This document shows, piece by piece, positions 1 through 10,800 of a stretch of DNA of 64,000 nt. The translations under genes were made by a program, and so were the position numbers. Positions within the stretch are counted from its first letter, which is position 1. The number at the start of each line of letters is the position of its first letter. The stretch is from Chitinophaga pinensis (lineage in GTDB: Bacteria > Bacteroidota > Bacteroidia > NS11-12g > UBA955): positions 13,276 through 77,275 of the forward strand of contig CAMDAF010000009.1 of assembly GCA_945888525.1 (NCBI GenBank). The letters run 5' to 3'. The notes under the pieces were generated by a model. That model saw only the letters and a program-made list of their open reading frames with translations. It had not been told where the DNA came from and made no database searches.

Positions 1-1
1 A

Positions 2-190
2 TTAAACTTAATTGCTCAAATGCCTCAGGGTTATAAATACGTATTCAGTATGTACGCCATTGAAGGATATAGTCACAAAGAAATCGCAGACAACTTGGGT
101 ATAGAAGAAGCCAGCTCAAGAAGTCAATATGCGAAAGCAAAAAAATATTTACAACAACAAATCATCAATTTAGAAAAGATAAACTTATGA
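2..190 (+). CDS. ECF-type sigma-70 factor, C-terminal region 4 (partial, starts before window)
   Basis: Not in the ORF track. Frame 2 reads LNLIAQMPQGYKYVFSMYAIEGYSHKEIADNLGIEEASSRSQYAKAKKYLQ...NL*, a typical ECF region-4 HTH. Its stop overlaps the next ATG (ATGA 187-190). Confidence 0.85.
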   Translation, partial: LNLIAQMPQGYKYVFSMYAIEGYSHKEIADNLGIEEASSRSQYAKAKKYLQQQIINLEKINL

Positions 191-1596
191 TGGAAAATTC
201 ATTTGAAAAGCGAATTGCAGATAAGCTGAAAAATACAGAAGTTCAGCCTAGTGAGCATTTGCTTGATTCAATATTCGAAAAAAGAGCAGCCAAGCCCAAG
301 CGTTTTGCTGTTAATCCCTTTGCTGGGGCAGTTTTAGGGATAGCCATACTCGCTGCAATTAGCTGTTTGTTTTGGTTCGGTAACGCCAAGAGCAAAGAAG
401 CACAGGTTAGTGTTTCGGCAGAAGTGCAAGATCCTAAGACAGTAAAAGAGTCAAAAGTAATAGGAAAGTTTGAAGACATTGTTCCAAACAAAGCGGAAAA
501 TTCAGTTCTTCCGGACGACAATTTATCTAGCATTGCCCAGAAGACAAACAAAATTCCTTCTGGAAATAAACGAAGTCAATCAAAATCTATAGTAAAAGAA
601 CCTTTTGAGAACAAGGAGGCTTCTAAGCCGGTAATGGTTCAAAACAATGCTGAAATAGAAAACCAATATTTTAATTTAGGAAAAGGGGAAAGGCCAGTTC
701 TACAGAAAGTTGAACACCAAGGAAACAGTCATTTGTATGTTTTCCAAACTATTGGTGATGAGGCTCTGATTAACCGTGATTTTTTGTTTAGCCGTATTGT
801 TAGATTGCATAAAATGGCCATTAAGAAAAATATTGAATCGATTGAAATGGTTGAAACCAAACCTGTAAAAAGAAACGGCCCAGGGAAAAACAAACGGCCA
901 ATTTATGTAGATTTTATGTTTAATCCAAGTATTAACATGGTGCAATTAAGTGGTGAAAATGCTTTGGTTGAAGCCGGACAAGCCTTGTCTAAATCGTCTT
1001 TGAACCAGAGTTTTGGGCTTAGAGTCTCTATCCCAATAAAAGCAAAATGGAATGTTTATGCTGGATTAAATTATAGAGAACAATCGAATCAGTACAAAGG
1101 CCGTTTGCTATACAACAATGAGCAAACTCAAATTAATCAGCAAATAAAATACATCAACGACCCAATCAAAGGTGTTGTGAAAATAGTGACTTATGATACA
1201 GTTAAATTTCAGGCTTCAAACAGCCAAAGTGTAAATTTCAAAAATCAATATAAAATTTTCCAGTTGCCTTTGGGTTTCAGTTACAATTTTGGATACAAAC
1301 AACTTGATTTTTCAATCAATGGATCCGCACTTTTCAATTACATAAAAAGCAGCCAAGGACAAAATATACATTTAGATCAACACATCGTTTTGCCATATAG
1401 TTCAAACAAAGGGACTATAGGATTTGGCGCTGGTTTAAGTGTTATGGGGGCTTTTAAATTAAACAATAGAATACGTTTGATTGCTGAGCCAGGTTTGCAG
1501 TATTTTGGATTAAAATCTATCCATTTCGGAAACTCTTTAAAAGAGAATGTTATAAGCACACAATTAACTATTGGTTTAAGGTATACTTTATTTTGA
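187..1596 (+). CDS. Putative anti-sigma factor: short N-terminal domain, TM helix, low-complexity linker, C-terminal outer-membrane beta-barrel
   Basis: FEKRIADKL...VQPS N-terminus; TM segment FAGAVLGIAILAAISCLFWF; K/S/E-rich linker; amphipathic beta-strands ending GLRYTLF; coupled to the ECF gene. Confidence 0.65.
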   Translation: MMENSFEKRIADKLKNTEVQPSEHLLDSIFEKRAAKPKRFAVNPFAGAVLGIAILAAISCLFWFGNAKSKEAQVSVSAEVQDPKTVKESKVIGKFEDIVPNKAENSVLPDDNLSSIAQKTNKIPSGNKRSQSKSIVKEPFENKEASKPVMVQNNAEIENQYFNLGKGERPVLQKVEHQGNSHLYVFQTIGDEALINRDFLFSRIVRLHKMAIKKNIESIEMVETKPVKRNGPGKNKRPIYVDFMFNPSINMVQLSGENALVEAGQALSKSSLNQSFGLRVSIPIKAKWNVYAGLNYREQSNQYKGRLLYNNEQTQINQQIKYINDPIKGVVKIVTYDTVKFQASNSQSVNFKNQYKIFQLPLGFSYNFGYKQLDFSINGSALFNYIKSSQGQNIHLDQHIVLPYSSNKGTIGFGAGLSVMGAFKLNNRIRLIAEPGLQYFGLKSIHFGNSLKENVISTQLTIGLRYTLF

Positions 1597-3116
1597 AAAG
1601 ACTTGCGTCATATCTAATTCTGTTGTGCTCGCTGGCAGCGTATTCACAAACTTCCACCGGGCTAATTCAAACTAGCAATTTAGTGCTTCGTTTGGGTTCT
1701 GATGGTTTTTTGAAAGACAGTTCTGTTTTTCCTGCCATCGCGAATACGAATGGATTGGCCTTGTTGCAAAATGCCACAGTTTGGATGTCGGCAACAGACA
1801 GCGCGGGGAAAAGCCGCATCGCTGTGCAAAATTTATTAAATGGCCAAGGCGAATTTTGGCCAGGACCCATGAGTTTGTCTGGCGAACAAGCTGCAAATTC
1901 ATTGCAATGGAATAAACTCTATCCTTTGTCAAAAGGAAATATAAATGACCACAAGCAGAATTATAAAAACCAATCGTATGTGCCTAGTTTGGCCATAAGC
2001 AATTGGCCTGGATCGCTTGGTTTTCCTTATGCACAAGTGATTGCGCCTTTTGTGGATTTAGAAAACAACGATATGCTTTACGAGCCTATGAAAGGCGATT
2101 ATCCTTACATTGAATCCGATGCCATATTGTTTTCAATTTCTAATGACGTGGCAAATACGCACAAGGTGAGCAATGGTTTGCCATTGGGTATTGAGTTGCA
2201 CACATCTGTAATGTCATTTCAAGACTCTATTTTGAAGAATTGTTTTATGGTTCGTTACGCCGTTTTTAACCGTTCGCCAAGGACCTACAAAAATTTTCGG
2301 TTCAGTCCGGTACTAAATTTTAAAATTGGTACCTTGGAAAATGAGTATATGGGCACTGAAATTGGGGCTCAAGCAATTTATTCAATAAATGACACCAGTG
2401 AAGCAACGTTTTCAAAAAAGCTTGTGTCTTTAGGTTGTATGGCACTTAATAAACATATTGAATCAAGCATGTATTTTGAAAACAATGCAGATCCAATTAA
2501 TGGCCTACCTGTTACAGCGGAGCATTTTATGAATCTAATGCAAGGCAAATGGAAGAATGGAAAAACATTGAACTATGGCAGCAATGGAGTTGACGGGACT
2601 GGTTATGCGCGGTATGTTTATCCAGACACCACAGATTTTACCCATTCAAACATGAGATGGATAGACCAAGTTCCAAGTAAAAAGATCGGCTTACTAAACT
2701 TCGATTCAATGGAATTAAAAAGTGGACAGGCAACTTATTACGATGTGGTGTTTTTTTCTGTTGATGAAAATTTTAGTTCTTTTAAACAAATTGGTCAAAA
2801 CTGTTTAAAGATTAAGCAAGCGTTAAACACTAAAAATCTGCTTAAAATCGATCGAAATTCACACATAAAAGAACCGATTTTGACTTGGTTTCCCAATCCT
2901 GTAAAAATTGGGGATAAATTGAACTTGCAAACTCTCCTTGAAAGCCCTCAGTGTATAAGACTTGTGGATTTGAACGGGGTGGAAATATGCAAATTGAATT
3001 TGGATGATAACGGTAAAAGCATTATATTACCACCTGATTTAAATGCAGGGGTGTATATAGTAGAATATAAAACATTAAACATTGTACACATACAAAAACT
3101 AATTTTAACTCATTAA
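1593..3116 (+). CDS. Secreted protein with T9SS type A C-terminal sorting domain
   Basis: Signal peptide followed by Gln (AAYS/QTS); C-terminal WFPNP...LNAGVYIV...QKLIL; TTG start overlaps the upstream stop. Confidence 0.75.
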   Translation: MKRLASYLILLCSLAAYSQTSTGLIQTSNLVLRLGSDGFLKDSSVFPAIANTNGLALLQNATVWMSATDSAGKSRIAVQNLLNGQGEFWPGPMSLSGEQAANSLQWNKLYPLSKGNINDHKQNYKNQSYVPSLAISNWPGSLGFPYAQVIAPFVDLENNDMLYEPMKGDYPYIESDAILFSISNDVANTHKVSNGLPLGIELHTSVMSFQDSILKNCFMVRYAVFNRSPRTYKNFRFSPVLNFKIGTLENEYMGTEIGAQAIYSINDTSEATFSKKLVSLGCMALNKHIESSMYFENNADPINGLPVTAEHFMNLMQGKWKNGKTLNYGSNGVDGTGYARYVYPDTTDFTHSNMRWIDQVPSKKIGLLNFDSMELKSGQATYYDVVFFSVDENFSSFKQIGQNCLKIKQALNTKNLLKIDRNSHIKEPILTWFPNPVKIGDKLNLQTLLESPQCIRLVDLNGVEICKLNLDDNGKSIILPPDLNAGVYIVEYKTLNIVHIQKLILTH

Positions 3117-3132
3117 CAAGCAACAACACGAT

Positions 3133-6100
3133 ATGAATAGAATATACAAAATTTTTCTTTTACTGATTATAATCCTTGGATTTCAATACGAGGCTTCTGC
3201 TTCCCACATGATGGGCGGAGACATAGCTTACGAGTGTATTTCTCCGGGGAAATACAAACTGGTAGTTAAGATTTACCGCGATTGCCGTGGTATTCCTTTC
3301 AACAGTCCAGACATCAAACTCTTTTGTAAAGATGGTACCAATCAGAATTCTGTTAACTATACCAGAACAGCAATCAACGATTTGACGCCAACTTGCTCCG
3401 GTGGAACAGCGCCTTGTAATCCACAAAATCAAACTTCTAGCGAAGGTATTGAGGAGCACGTTTTCGAAGCTATTGTGGATTTCAACACAAGTCCATTCAA
3501 AGCGATGAAGGATGCTGGGTGTTGCGAAATTTTAATCAAAGTAGAACAATGTTGCCGTAACGGTGCAATTACAACCATTAGCCCGGGTAACTTTTACACC
3601 GATGCGATGATAAACATATGCAATATCGGAACCAAATGCAACACCTCTCCGCAGTTGTCAATTCCTCCAGTTGCTTATGTTTGTTGCAACCAACCTTTCA
3701 CCTACAACAACGGCGTTCGTGAAGTGATTGACGGAGACAGTTTGGCATATGAATTGGGAACGCCTTTGAATGCAAACAATTCAAATGAAACGTATACTGG
3801 AAGTTTTACCCAAACCATTCCAATGACGCCATATTGCCCGCCAAATCCTGGTGTTATCAATTGCAGAGCTTTGCCAAACGCAAAACCACCAAGGGGTTTT
3901 TATTTTGATAAAGAAACTGGGGATATCGTGTTTACCCCAACAAAATGTGATGAGGTTGGTGTAATCGTAATTAAAATTACAGAGTGGAGAAGAGATTCTG
4001 CTACCCGTAAAATGCGAATTATTGGTTTTACAAGACGTGACATGCAGGTTGTTGTAAAACAATGTCCTGATAACAATCCACCATATTTCACAGGTAACAA
4101 CAAGTATTCCGTTTGTGAAGGAAATAAAATCTGTTTTTCAATATTTGCCAAAGACGACCCGTATTTGCCTAAACAGACCCGCCTAGACACCGTTGCATTA
4201 ACTTGGAATTATGGAATTCCTGGGGCTACATTCACCATAGTGGATCCAACTGCCCGCGAAAAAGAAGCCATGTTCTGTTGGCAGACAAAAATTGGAGATG
4301 CAAGGTCAAACGTTTATGCGTTCACTGCTACCGCTAAAGATGACAACTGTCCAAGACCATCCTCTGCAAACAAAGGTTATACTGTAACAGTTAAACCTAA
4401 GGCTAGAGCAAAACGTAAATATGATATTTTAGATTGTGGTAAATTAAGATTCACTGCCTTCCCAATTGATACGGTTAACTACAACCAAAAGAATTACAGA
4501 CATAAATTCACCATTCGTGATTCCACAAACTCAGGAACACCATACTATTTCGGTTTCGTGGCTAAAGACAGTGTTAAATTTAAACGCGGTGGTAAGTACA
4601 TCATCGAATATGAAATTAACAATCCTCCGTACAACTGCCCAAGTATATATTCTGATACGGTCATTATTCCTCCGGTATTGGATGTGCAATTGAAATTTGG
4701 AAGAGATACTTTTGTTTGTGCCGGTAACAGCATCACCTTGGAACCAGTTGTGGCGAATGGTGTGCCAGCTTACAAATACAAATGGCAAGTGCCGATTGGA
4801 TTCTTTGATCCTAAAGACACCAATTCAACTTACACATTGGTTAAGCCAACCGCAACAACCAAGTTGCTTTTAGTTTTAACAGATAAAAACAAATGTGTTG
4901 ACAGCGATACAGTTACGGTTCATTACCAACCAAACCCAATCGTAGATATTGGCCCTGACCAAAGAATTTGTACCTACAACAATGTAACATTGGATGCACA
5001 GAATGCAGATACCATGCGTTATTTCTGGCAGCCAAATGGTGACAGCACCCGTCAAATTACCGTTAATATTGCCGGTAAATACATTGCAAAAGTGATAGAC
5101 CATTTAGGTTGTAACACAAGCGATACCATGGAGCTGTTTGTAAATGATACGGTTGTAGCAATAGCAAAACCAGACCGTGAAATTTGTATTTTTGATACCT
5201 TAAAGGTAAAAGGTCAGCGCCGACCAAAAGGATATACAAGAACAATTTCATGGAGAGACATTGCTTCTGGAACCAACTTGGCAACAGACAGTTCATTCAA
5301 ATTAAAAATCACCACCATGGTGCCTAAAGACTATGAAATGTACTTAAAGGTAACCCAAGGTGGTGTAGAGTGTGAAGATAAAGATACCTTTAACTTGGTA
5401 GTCAATGCTTTGCCAACCTTTAAATTCTTAGGATTACCACCTAGATGTTATGCCGATGGTGCCATCAATTTGACACAATCGAATATCACCAAAGCATTCT
5501 CTGGAGACAATTCCGAAAGCACCAATGATGTGAGATACTTCCAACAATTTAAAAAACCAAGTTGGGTAACTGGTGGTCCTGTAGGTGTGAATGTGTTTGT
5601 TTATGATTTTCCTAAGTTTATCAAAAATTCTCAAGTTCCAAAAGCTGGATTGAGAGATACCATTTGCTACGATTTCCGAGATTATAAAGGTTGCTACAAT
5701 AAAGAATGTAAACCAACCAGATTGAATCCTAATCCTGACGTTTATGTTAGAGATAGTACCTATTGCCAAAAAGCTGGTTTGATTACTTTAGATAGACAAA
5801 TTGTTCGCCCATTCTCTAAAATTGGTGGAATTGAATCATGGAGAGTGATTGATGTGCCAGTTGGTTCAGGTGTTGATCCTATGGCTATCTTGGCGCCAGA
5901 CATGACTGTTACACCAAACACAATGCAAATGGATCCAGGTCAAGAAGGCGAAAACGAAAAAACAGGTACCTACACAATTGAATATTGTTTTGCCGATGCC
6001 ATTACCAGTTGTAAAACTTGTGATACGGCTTTTGTGAGGGTAATTAAGTTGCCGGAAATTGAATTTACTGGCATGCCTAAATTGTGTATCAATGATCCTT

Positions 6101-7758
6101 TAGCTATTTTGGATAGTTTCGTAATTGATAAAGTTAACGGCGGTAGATTCCCTTCAGGTACTTGGGAAACCATTGAATATGGTGGATCAAGAGACTTAAG
6201 CAATCCGAACATTGCACCTAAAATTCAAAAATCTATGGTGAATAAGAAATTATTCGATCCAAAGTATGGCGCAGGTCAATACATTGTTAAATTAACGGAT
6301 GTATCAAGTGGTTGCCCTGTTACAGATAGTACCGAGATTTTGGTAAATGGTTTGCCAATTATACAAATTGACGTTCCTGATACAGTTTGTTCTAGTTCTC
6401 CAGCATTCACTTTGAATAATATTTTGCCAAGTGGCAATGTTGGTAAATGGACAGGTGTTGGTGTAACTGGACGTGATTTCAATCCAAGTGTTAGTGCCAA
6501 AACAAAACAATACGAAGGGCCTATCAGAGTTAAGTTCGCATACACCAATCCATTGACTGGTTGTACTTCATCAGACTCTCAAACCTTATTGGTGCAATCT
6601 CAACCAGAGGTTAATATTACAACACCGAAGCCTTACCAACAATGTGAGGGTAAAGATTTCGATTTAACTTCTGCCAAAAATTGGGCAAGTAGAACAAAAT
6701 GGTCTACCAACGGTGATGGTAATTTTAATAAGCCAGATTCATTGCCAAGTAAATATTTCCATGGATTTAATGATACTGCAATAAATGGAATGTCAGGAAA
6801 AGTAAGATTGACGCTCTCAACCTTAAAAGAAGGTGTTTGTCCAATTGCAAAAGACTATATTGATTTAATCATTGAAGCGTATCCTCAGTTTGATTTTATG
6901 GGTGATCCTGAAGTTCAATGTGAACCTGCAATCGTTAACTTTACTGCCATGGTAGCAAAGCCAGCGGGTTCTCCAAACTTAAGATACAATTGGTGGTATG
7001 GCAATGGTGATTCATTGATGCAAAGCACTACCTTTAATCCTCCAAACATCAAATACGATACTGCAAAACGCACATGGTATGACGTCACATTGATTGTAGA
7101 CAACCAGTGGGGTGTTGGTCCAGCTCAAGCCTGTTCAATAAGAAAAGATTCTATAGGATACATCAAAGTATTGCCTCAACCTAAAGTTGGTTTCAGCAGT
7201 GATCCTGGATTCTTTACCACTGTAGCTTTCCCTAAATTTAAGTTCTTTGATGAAACCAAAGTTAGATGGCAAAGACCTGATGTTAAAATGGATTACGAGT
7301 GGAATTTTGGCAGCGGAGATGTAGATGATACCAGCACAAAAATGAATCCGATACATTCGTATACTGCTGATACCATGAAGTATTATGTACACTTAACATC
7401 TACAATCAGGTATCAATATAAAAACCAGGAGTATATCTGCTGGGATTCTATTAGCCAATTGCGTAAAATTGGGCCAGATGTTACCGTATTCGTTCCAACA
7501 GCTTTCAGTCCTGAAAAAACAGGTCCTGGCGCAAACAACGTATTCAAAGCAGTTGTAAATGGAGAAAAAACCTTCCACATTGAATTGTTCAACCGTTGGG
7601 GCGAAATGCTTTGGAAGACTGACGACAAAAATGCAAGTTGGGATGGCTTCTACAGAGGCATCGAAGCTCAGCAAGATGTTTATATGTGGGTCATCAAAGT
7701 TACTGCATACGACGGTGAAGAGTATCAATACGAGGGTACTGTTACACTGTTAAGATAA
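3133..7758 (+). CDS. Large Cys-rich surface protein with Ig/PKD-like repeats and T9SS type B (gliding-motility-associated) CTD
   Basis: 1541 aa; signal peptide then SHMMGGDIAYEC; PKD-like WNFGSG/WWYGNG motifs; C-terminal VFVPTAFSP...NNVFK...FNRWGE...WDG...GTVTLLR. Confidence 0.85.
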   Translation: MNRIYKIFLLLIIILGFQYEASASHMMGGDIAYECISPGKYKLVVKIYRDCRGIPFNSPDIKLFCKDGTNQNSVNYTRTAINDLTPTCSGGTAPCNPQNQTSSEGIEEHVFEAIVDFNTSPFKAMKDAGCCEILIKVEQCCRNGAITTISPGNFYTDAMINICNIGTKCNTSPQLSIPPVAYVCCNQPFTYNNGVREVIDGDSLAYELGTPLNANNSNETYTGSFTQTIPMTPYCPPNPGVINCRALPNAKPPRGFYFDKETGDIVFTPTKCDEVGVIVIKITEWRRDSATRKMRIIGFTRRDMQVVVKQCPDNNPPYFTGNNKYSVCEGNKICFSIFAKDDPYLPKQTRLDTVALTWNYGIPGATFTIVDPTAREKEAMFCWQTKIGDARSNVYAFTATAKDDNCPRPSSANKGYTVTVKPKARAKRKYDILDCGKLRFTAFPIDTVNYNQKNYRHKFTIRDSTNSGTPYYFGFVAKDSVKFKRGGKYIIEYEINNPPYNCPSIYSDTVIIPPVLDVQLKFGRDTFVCAGNSITLEPVVANGVPAYKYKWQVPIGFFDPKDTNSTYTLVKPTATTKLLLVLTDKNKCVDSDTVTVHYQPNPIVDIGPDQRICTYNNVTLDAQNADTMRYFWQPNGDSTRQITVNIAGKYIAKVIDHLGCNTSDTMELFVNDTVVAIAKPDREICIFDTLKVKGQRRPKGYTRTISWRDIASGTNLATDSSFKLKITTMVPKDYEMYLKVTQGGVECEDKDTFNLVVNALPTFKFLGLPPRCYADGAINLTQSNITKAFSGDNSESTNDVRYFQQFKKPSWVTGGPVGVNVFVYDFPKFIKNSQVPKAGLRDTICYDFRDYKGCYNKECKPTRLNPNPDVYVRDSTYCQKAGLITLDRQIVRPFSKIGGIESWRVIDVPVGSGVDPMAILAPDMTVTPNTMQMDPGQEGENEKTGTYTIEYCFADAITSCKTCDTAFVRVIKLPEIEFTGMPKLCINDPLAILDSFVIDKVNGGRFPSGTWETIEYGGSRDLSNPNIAPKIQKSMVNKKLFDPKYGAGQYIVKLTDVSSGCPVTDSTEILVNGLPIIQIDVPDTVCSSSPAFTLNNILPSGNVGKWTGVGVTGRDFNPSVSAKTKQYEGPIRVKFAYTNPLTGCTSSDSQTLLVQSQPEVNITTPKPYQQCEGKDFDLTSAKNWASRTKWSTNGDGNFNKPDSLPSKYFHGFNDTAINGMSGKVRLTLSTLKEGVCPIAKDYIDLIIEAYPQFDFMGDPEVQCEPAIVNFTAMVAKPAGSPNLRYNWWYGNGDSLMQSTTFNPPNIKYDTAKRTWYDVTLIVDNQWGVGPAQACSIRKDSIGYIKVLPQPKVGFSSDPGFFTTVAFPKFKFFDETKVRWQRPDVKMDYEWNFGSGDVDDTSTKMNPIHSYTADTMKYYVHLTSTIRYQYKNQEYICWDSISQLRKIGPDVTVFVPTAFSPEKTGPGANNVFKAVVNGEKTFHIELFNRWGEMLWKTDDKNASWDGFYRGIEAQQDVYMWVIKVTAYDGEEYQYEGTVTLLR

Positions 7759-7770
7759 GAACTATCATGG

Positions 7771-7804
7771 AATGACAGGTTAAGTAAATACTTAGCCTGT
7801 CATT
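7771..7804 (+). terminator. Long stem-loop between the two type B cargo genes (terminator or mRNA-stabilising hairpin)
   Basis: AATGACAGGTTAAGT-AAAT-ACTTAGCCTGTCATT (15-bp stem with one G-U), followed only by a weak U tract. Confidence 0.55.
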
Positions 7805-7818
7805 ATGTGTTTTTACAA

Positions 7819-10800
7819 ATGAGGATAAACGCTAAAATATGGATTGTACTTTTGCTCTCTTTCAGTGCGATAGAAATCTATGCCTCACATATTTCAGGCG
7901 CAGAGATTAGCTATAAACATTTATTTGGGTCGAATTACAGATTTAAATTAAAAGTTTACCGTGATTGTAATGAATGTAAATTCAATGGAATTGGCGGTGG
8001 AAATAACAACAGTTCTTGCAACGAAGTGCCTGCTCTGATAATAAAAGGAGCGCAGGGTACAAACAATTCAACGTCTGTTTTAGGCAATATTGAAATCTCT
8101 AGGAAATACATACAAGATATTACCCAAGGGTGTAATTCGACGGTAAGCAAATGCAGACCAGGTTCTAATTTGAACTTAGGGTACGAAGTGCATGTTTTTG
8201 AAGGCGATTTTGATTTTTCTAAATTGATGGGCGATGGCCACTGTAAATTGGATATTTCAATAAATATGTCTTCACGCAGTGTTAATATTAATCCTCAGCA
8301 ATCGGAGCAGAATTTTTTCAATTATGCAATGCTTAATCTTTGTGAGGCTTTGCCAAATGAATCAGTTGAATTTACGGCCATTCCTCAGTTTATACATTTC
8401 CTAAACCAATCCAATTACAATGCACTAAATGTATTGAATGCCGATAAGGATTCACTGGTCTTTAGTTTGAAGCCTGCTTTGGTGAACAGAAATGCTTCTA
8501 TTAGCTATGAAATCGGTCGCAATAGCGATATGCCATTCACCTATTTTTGCCAATCTGCTGGAACACCGCCGTGTCCTGTTAATTTATTGGGTGCTTTGGT
8601 TGAAGGATTCTATTGTTCAAAATCCAATGGTGATATTGCATTTACCCCAACCCAGTCAAACCAGGGAGGAGTCGTGGTTGTTGAATGTGAAGAATGGAAA
8701 CGAAATTCTTTAGGTGTTTATTATTTAGCTGGTGTTGTAAGGAGGGATGTTTATTCTGAGGTCATTAGTGCCAATAACAATCTGCCTAATATTAAAACCA
8801 AACTTGGTCTATACACGATTTGTGAGGGTGATAATTTTTCACTTGAATTAAATGCTGAGGATTTGCCATTTGGGCTAAGTTCAACTGACACTGTTTCACT
8901 TGATTTGTATACAGCTCTTCCAGGTGCCTCTATAGAAAAGATTGCGGTTAATTATGCGCCATATTTTAAATACGTATTTAAAGTAGAGCCCGCATTGGGT
9001 CAGGTTGGTGAATATACCGTCACTTTAAATGCCCGCGACAACCACTGTCCATTAATTGGCCAAATTTCTAAAAGTTTTACATTTGCCATTCTTCAAAAAC
9101 GCCAAATAAAAACACAAACAGAAGTTAAAAATTGTGGAGCTTTGTCCTCAAATTCAATAAATTTCCCCAATAAAAATCTTGTTTGGACTTTAAAAGATGA
9201 GCAATCAAAGGTTGTTAAGCAGCAAACCTCTAGAAAATTCAATTTTCAATTGCTCAATTCAGGGGTATATTATCTTGAAACCGTTTTACCTGCTGAGAGG
9301 GGATTTTGTGAATCAAGAAAAATAGACACAATAATTGTATCAAGTTTGCAAACGCCAATCCTAAATATGGGGCCTGATTACAGTGTTTGTAAAGGAATGG
9401 AATTAAACATCGCATCAAAATATTTAGAAACCTTTGATCAATACGATTTAAGTGTGAATGGCTTAATTGTTTCGGGATTCCCATACAAATTGCAAGCAAA
9501 TAATTTGAATAGTTTAACATTTAAAATAACTCAAAAAAATGGATGTTCCTATGAAGATAAATTGACAATTAGTTTGTACAGCGATTTGAAATATAAAGTG
9601 TCAAATGATACTTTTTGCAGTAATGGTGTTTTTCCTATCGCAGCAACAACGATCGACGTAGATACGAATAACATACAAAAAATTGACTACTCATACAATA
9701 GTATTGGATCAATTTTGACCAAAATAAATGCCAAAGAATGGTTTTTTGATTTTATTAATAAAAGCAATCCTACAGCCCATAAAATGGTTCTATATAGTGT
9801 AATTAGCGATTTGAATGCTTGTCAGTATTTTGACACAAGTGTTATTCAAATCATTGATCCAAGTCCAATTTTAGTAAGTGCACCTGAGAAGCTTTGTGTG
9901 AATGCCGAGACGGTAGATCTTGAAACAAAACCAGGCGGTCAATGGGCTTGTGTTAATTACCCGAGTTTGGTTAAAAACAATCAATTAAAATTGAATGGTG
10001 CGAAATTGAATCAATTGGTTTTAAAATATGTTGAGACTAAATTATGCAGCAATGCCAACACCTATTTTGTTGATTTGATGGATACGTCTGAAATTACTTT
10101 TTTACATTCTAAGGACTTGCTTTTTTGCGAGAATAATCTCTTGTATGAATTAAAGGCATTGCCTGCAGGAGGTTTGTGGAAAGGCGTTGGGGTTCAAAAT
10201 GGATTCTTTAATCCTTCGACATCTGGAGGTAAAAAGTTTAATGTTCAATATCAATTCAGCAATCAAAATACATGTAAATCGACTTCACATGTTGGTGTTG
10301 AAGTTGAAAAGCTTCCATTGTTAAAAGTGACAGCGGCCCAAGAAAGTATTTGTGTTGGTGAAATTCTGTCTTTGCAAGCCTTGAGTTCTATCTCAGGAAA
10401 TGGTTATTGGTATAGCGACGGCGCTGGTCGATTTGACAATGCTACAAGTCAATTAACCAATTACCAACCCAATGCAGATGATGTGTTAAAATCAGCGCTT
10501 AAGTTTGTTTACACACTTCAAACCAATGGCATTTGTGGAAACGTAAGTTCTGAGGTTTTTGTAAAGGTTAAAAATGGTCCAAGTGGTGACATCATTGACG
10601 ATTACACGACAAATATATGCGAGCCCGCTAAATTTGTTTTCAAATCCAATTATAAGAATATAGAAAAACAATATTGGTTTGTCAACGACAGTTTGATTGA
10701 AGAATTTGATTATGATTTTAATTTTAATGTTGAATTAAAATCAGGCGAATATGTAATTAAAACAAGCGTTTCTGATGGCACTTGCGAGGCTTTGTCTATT

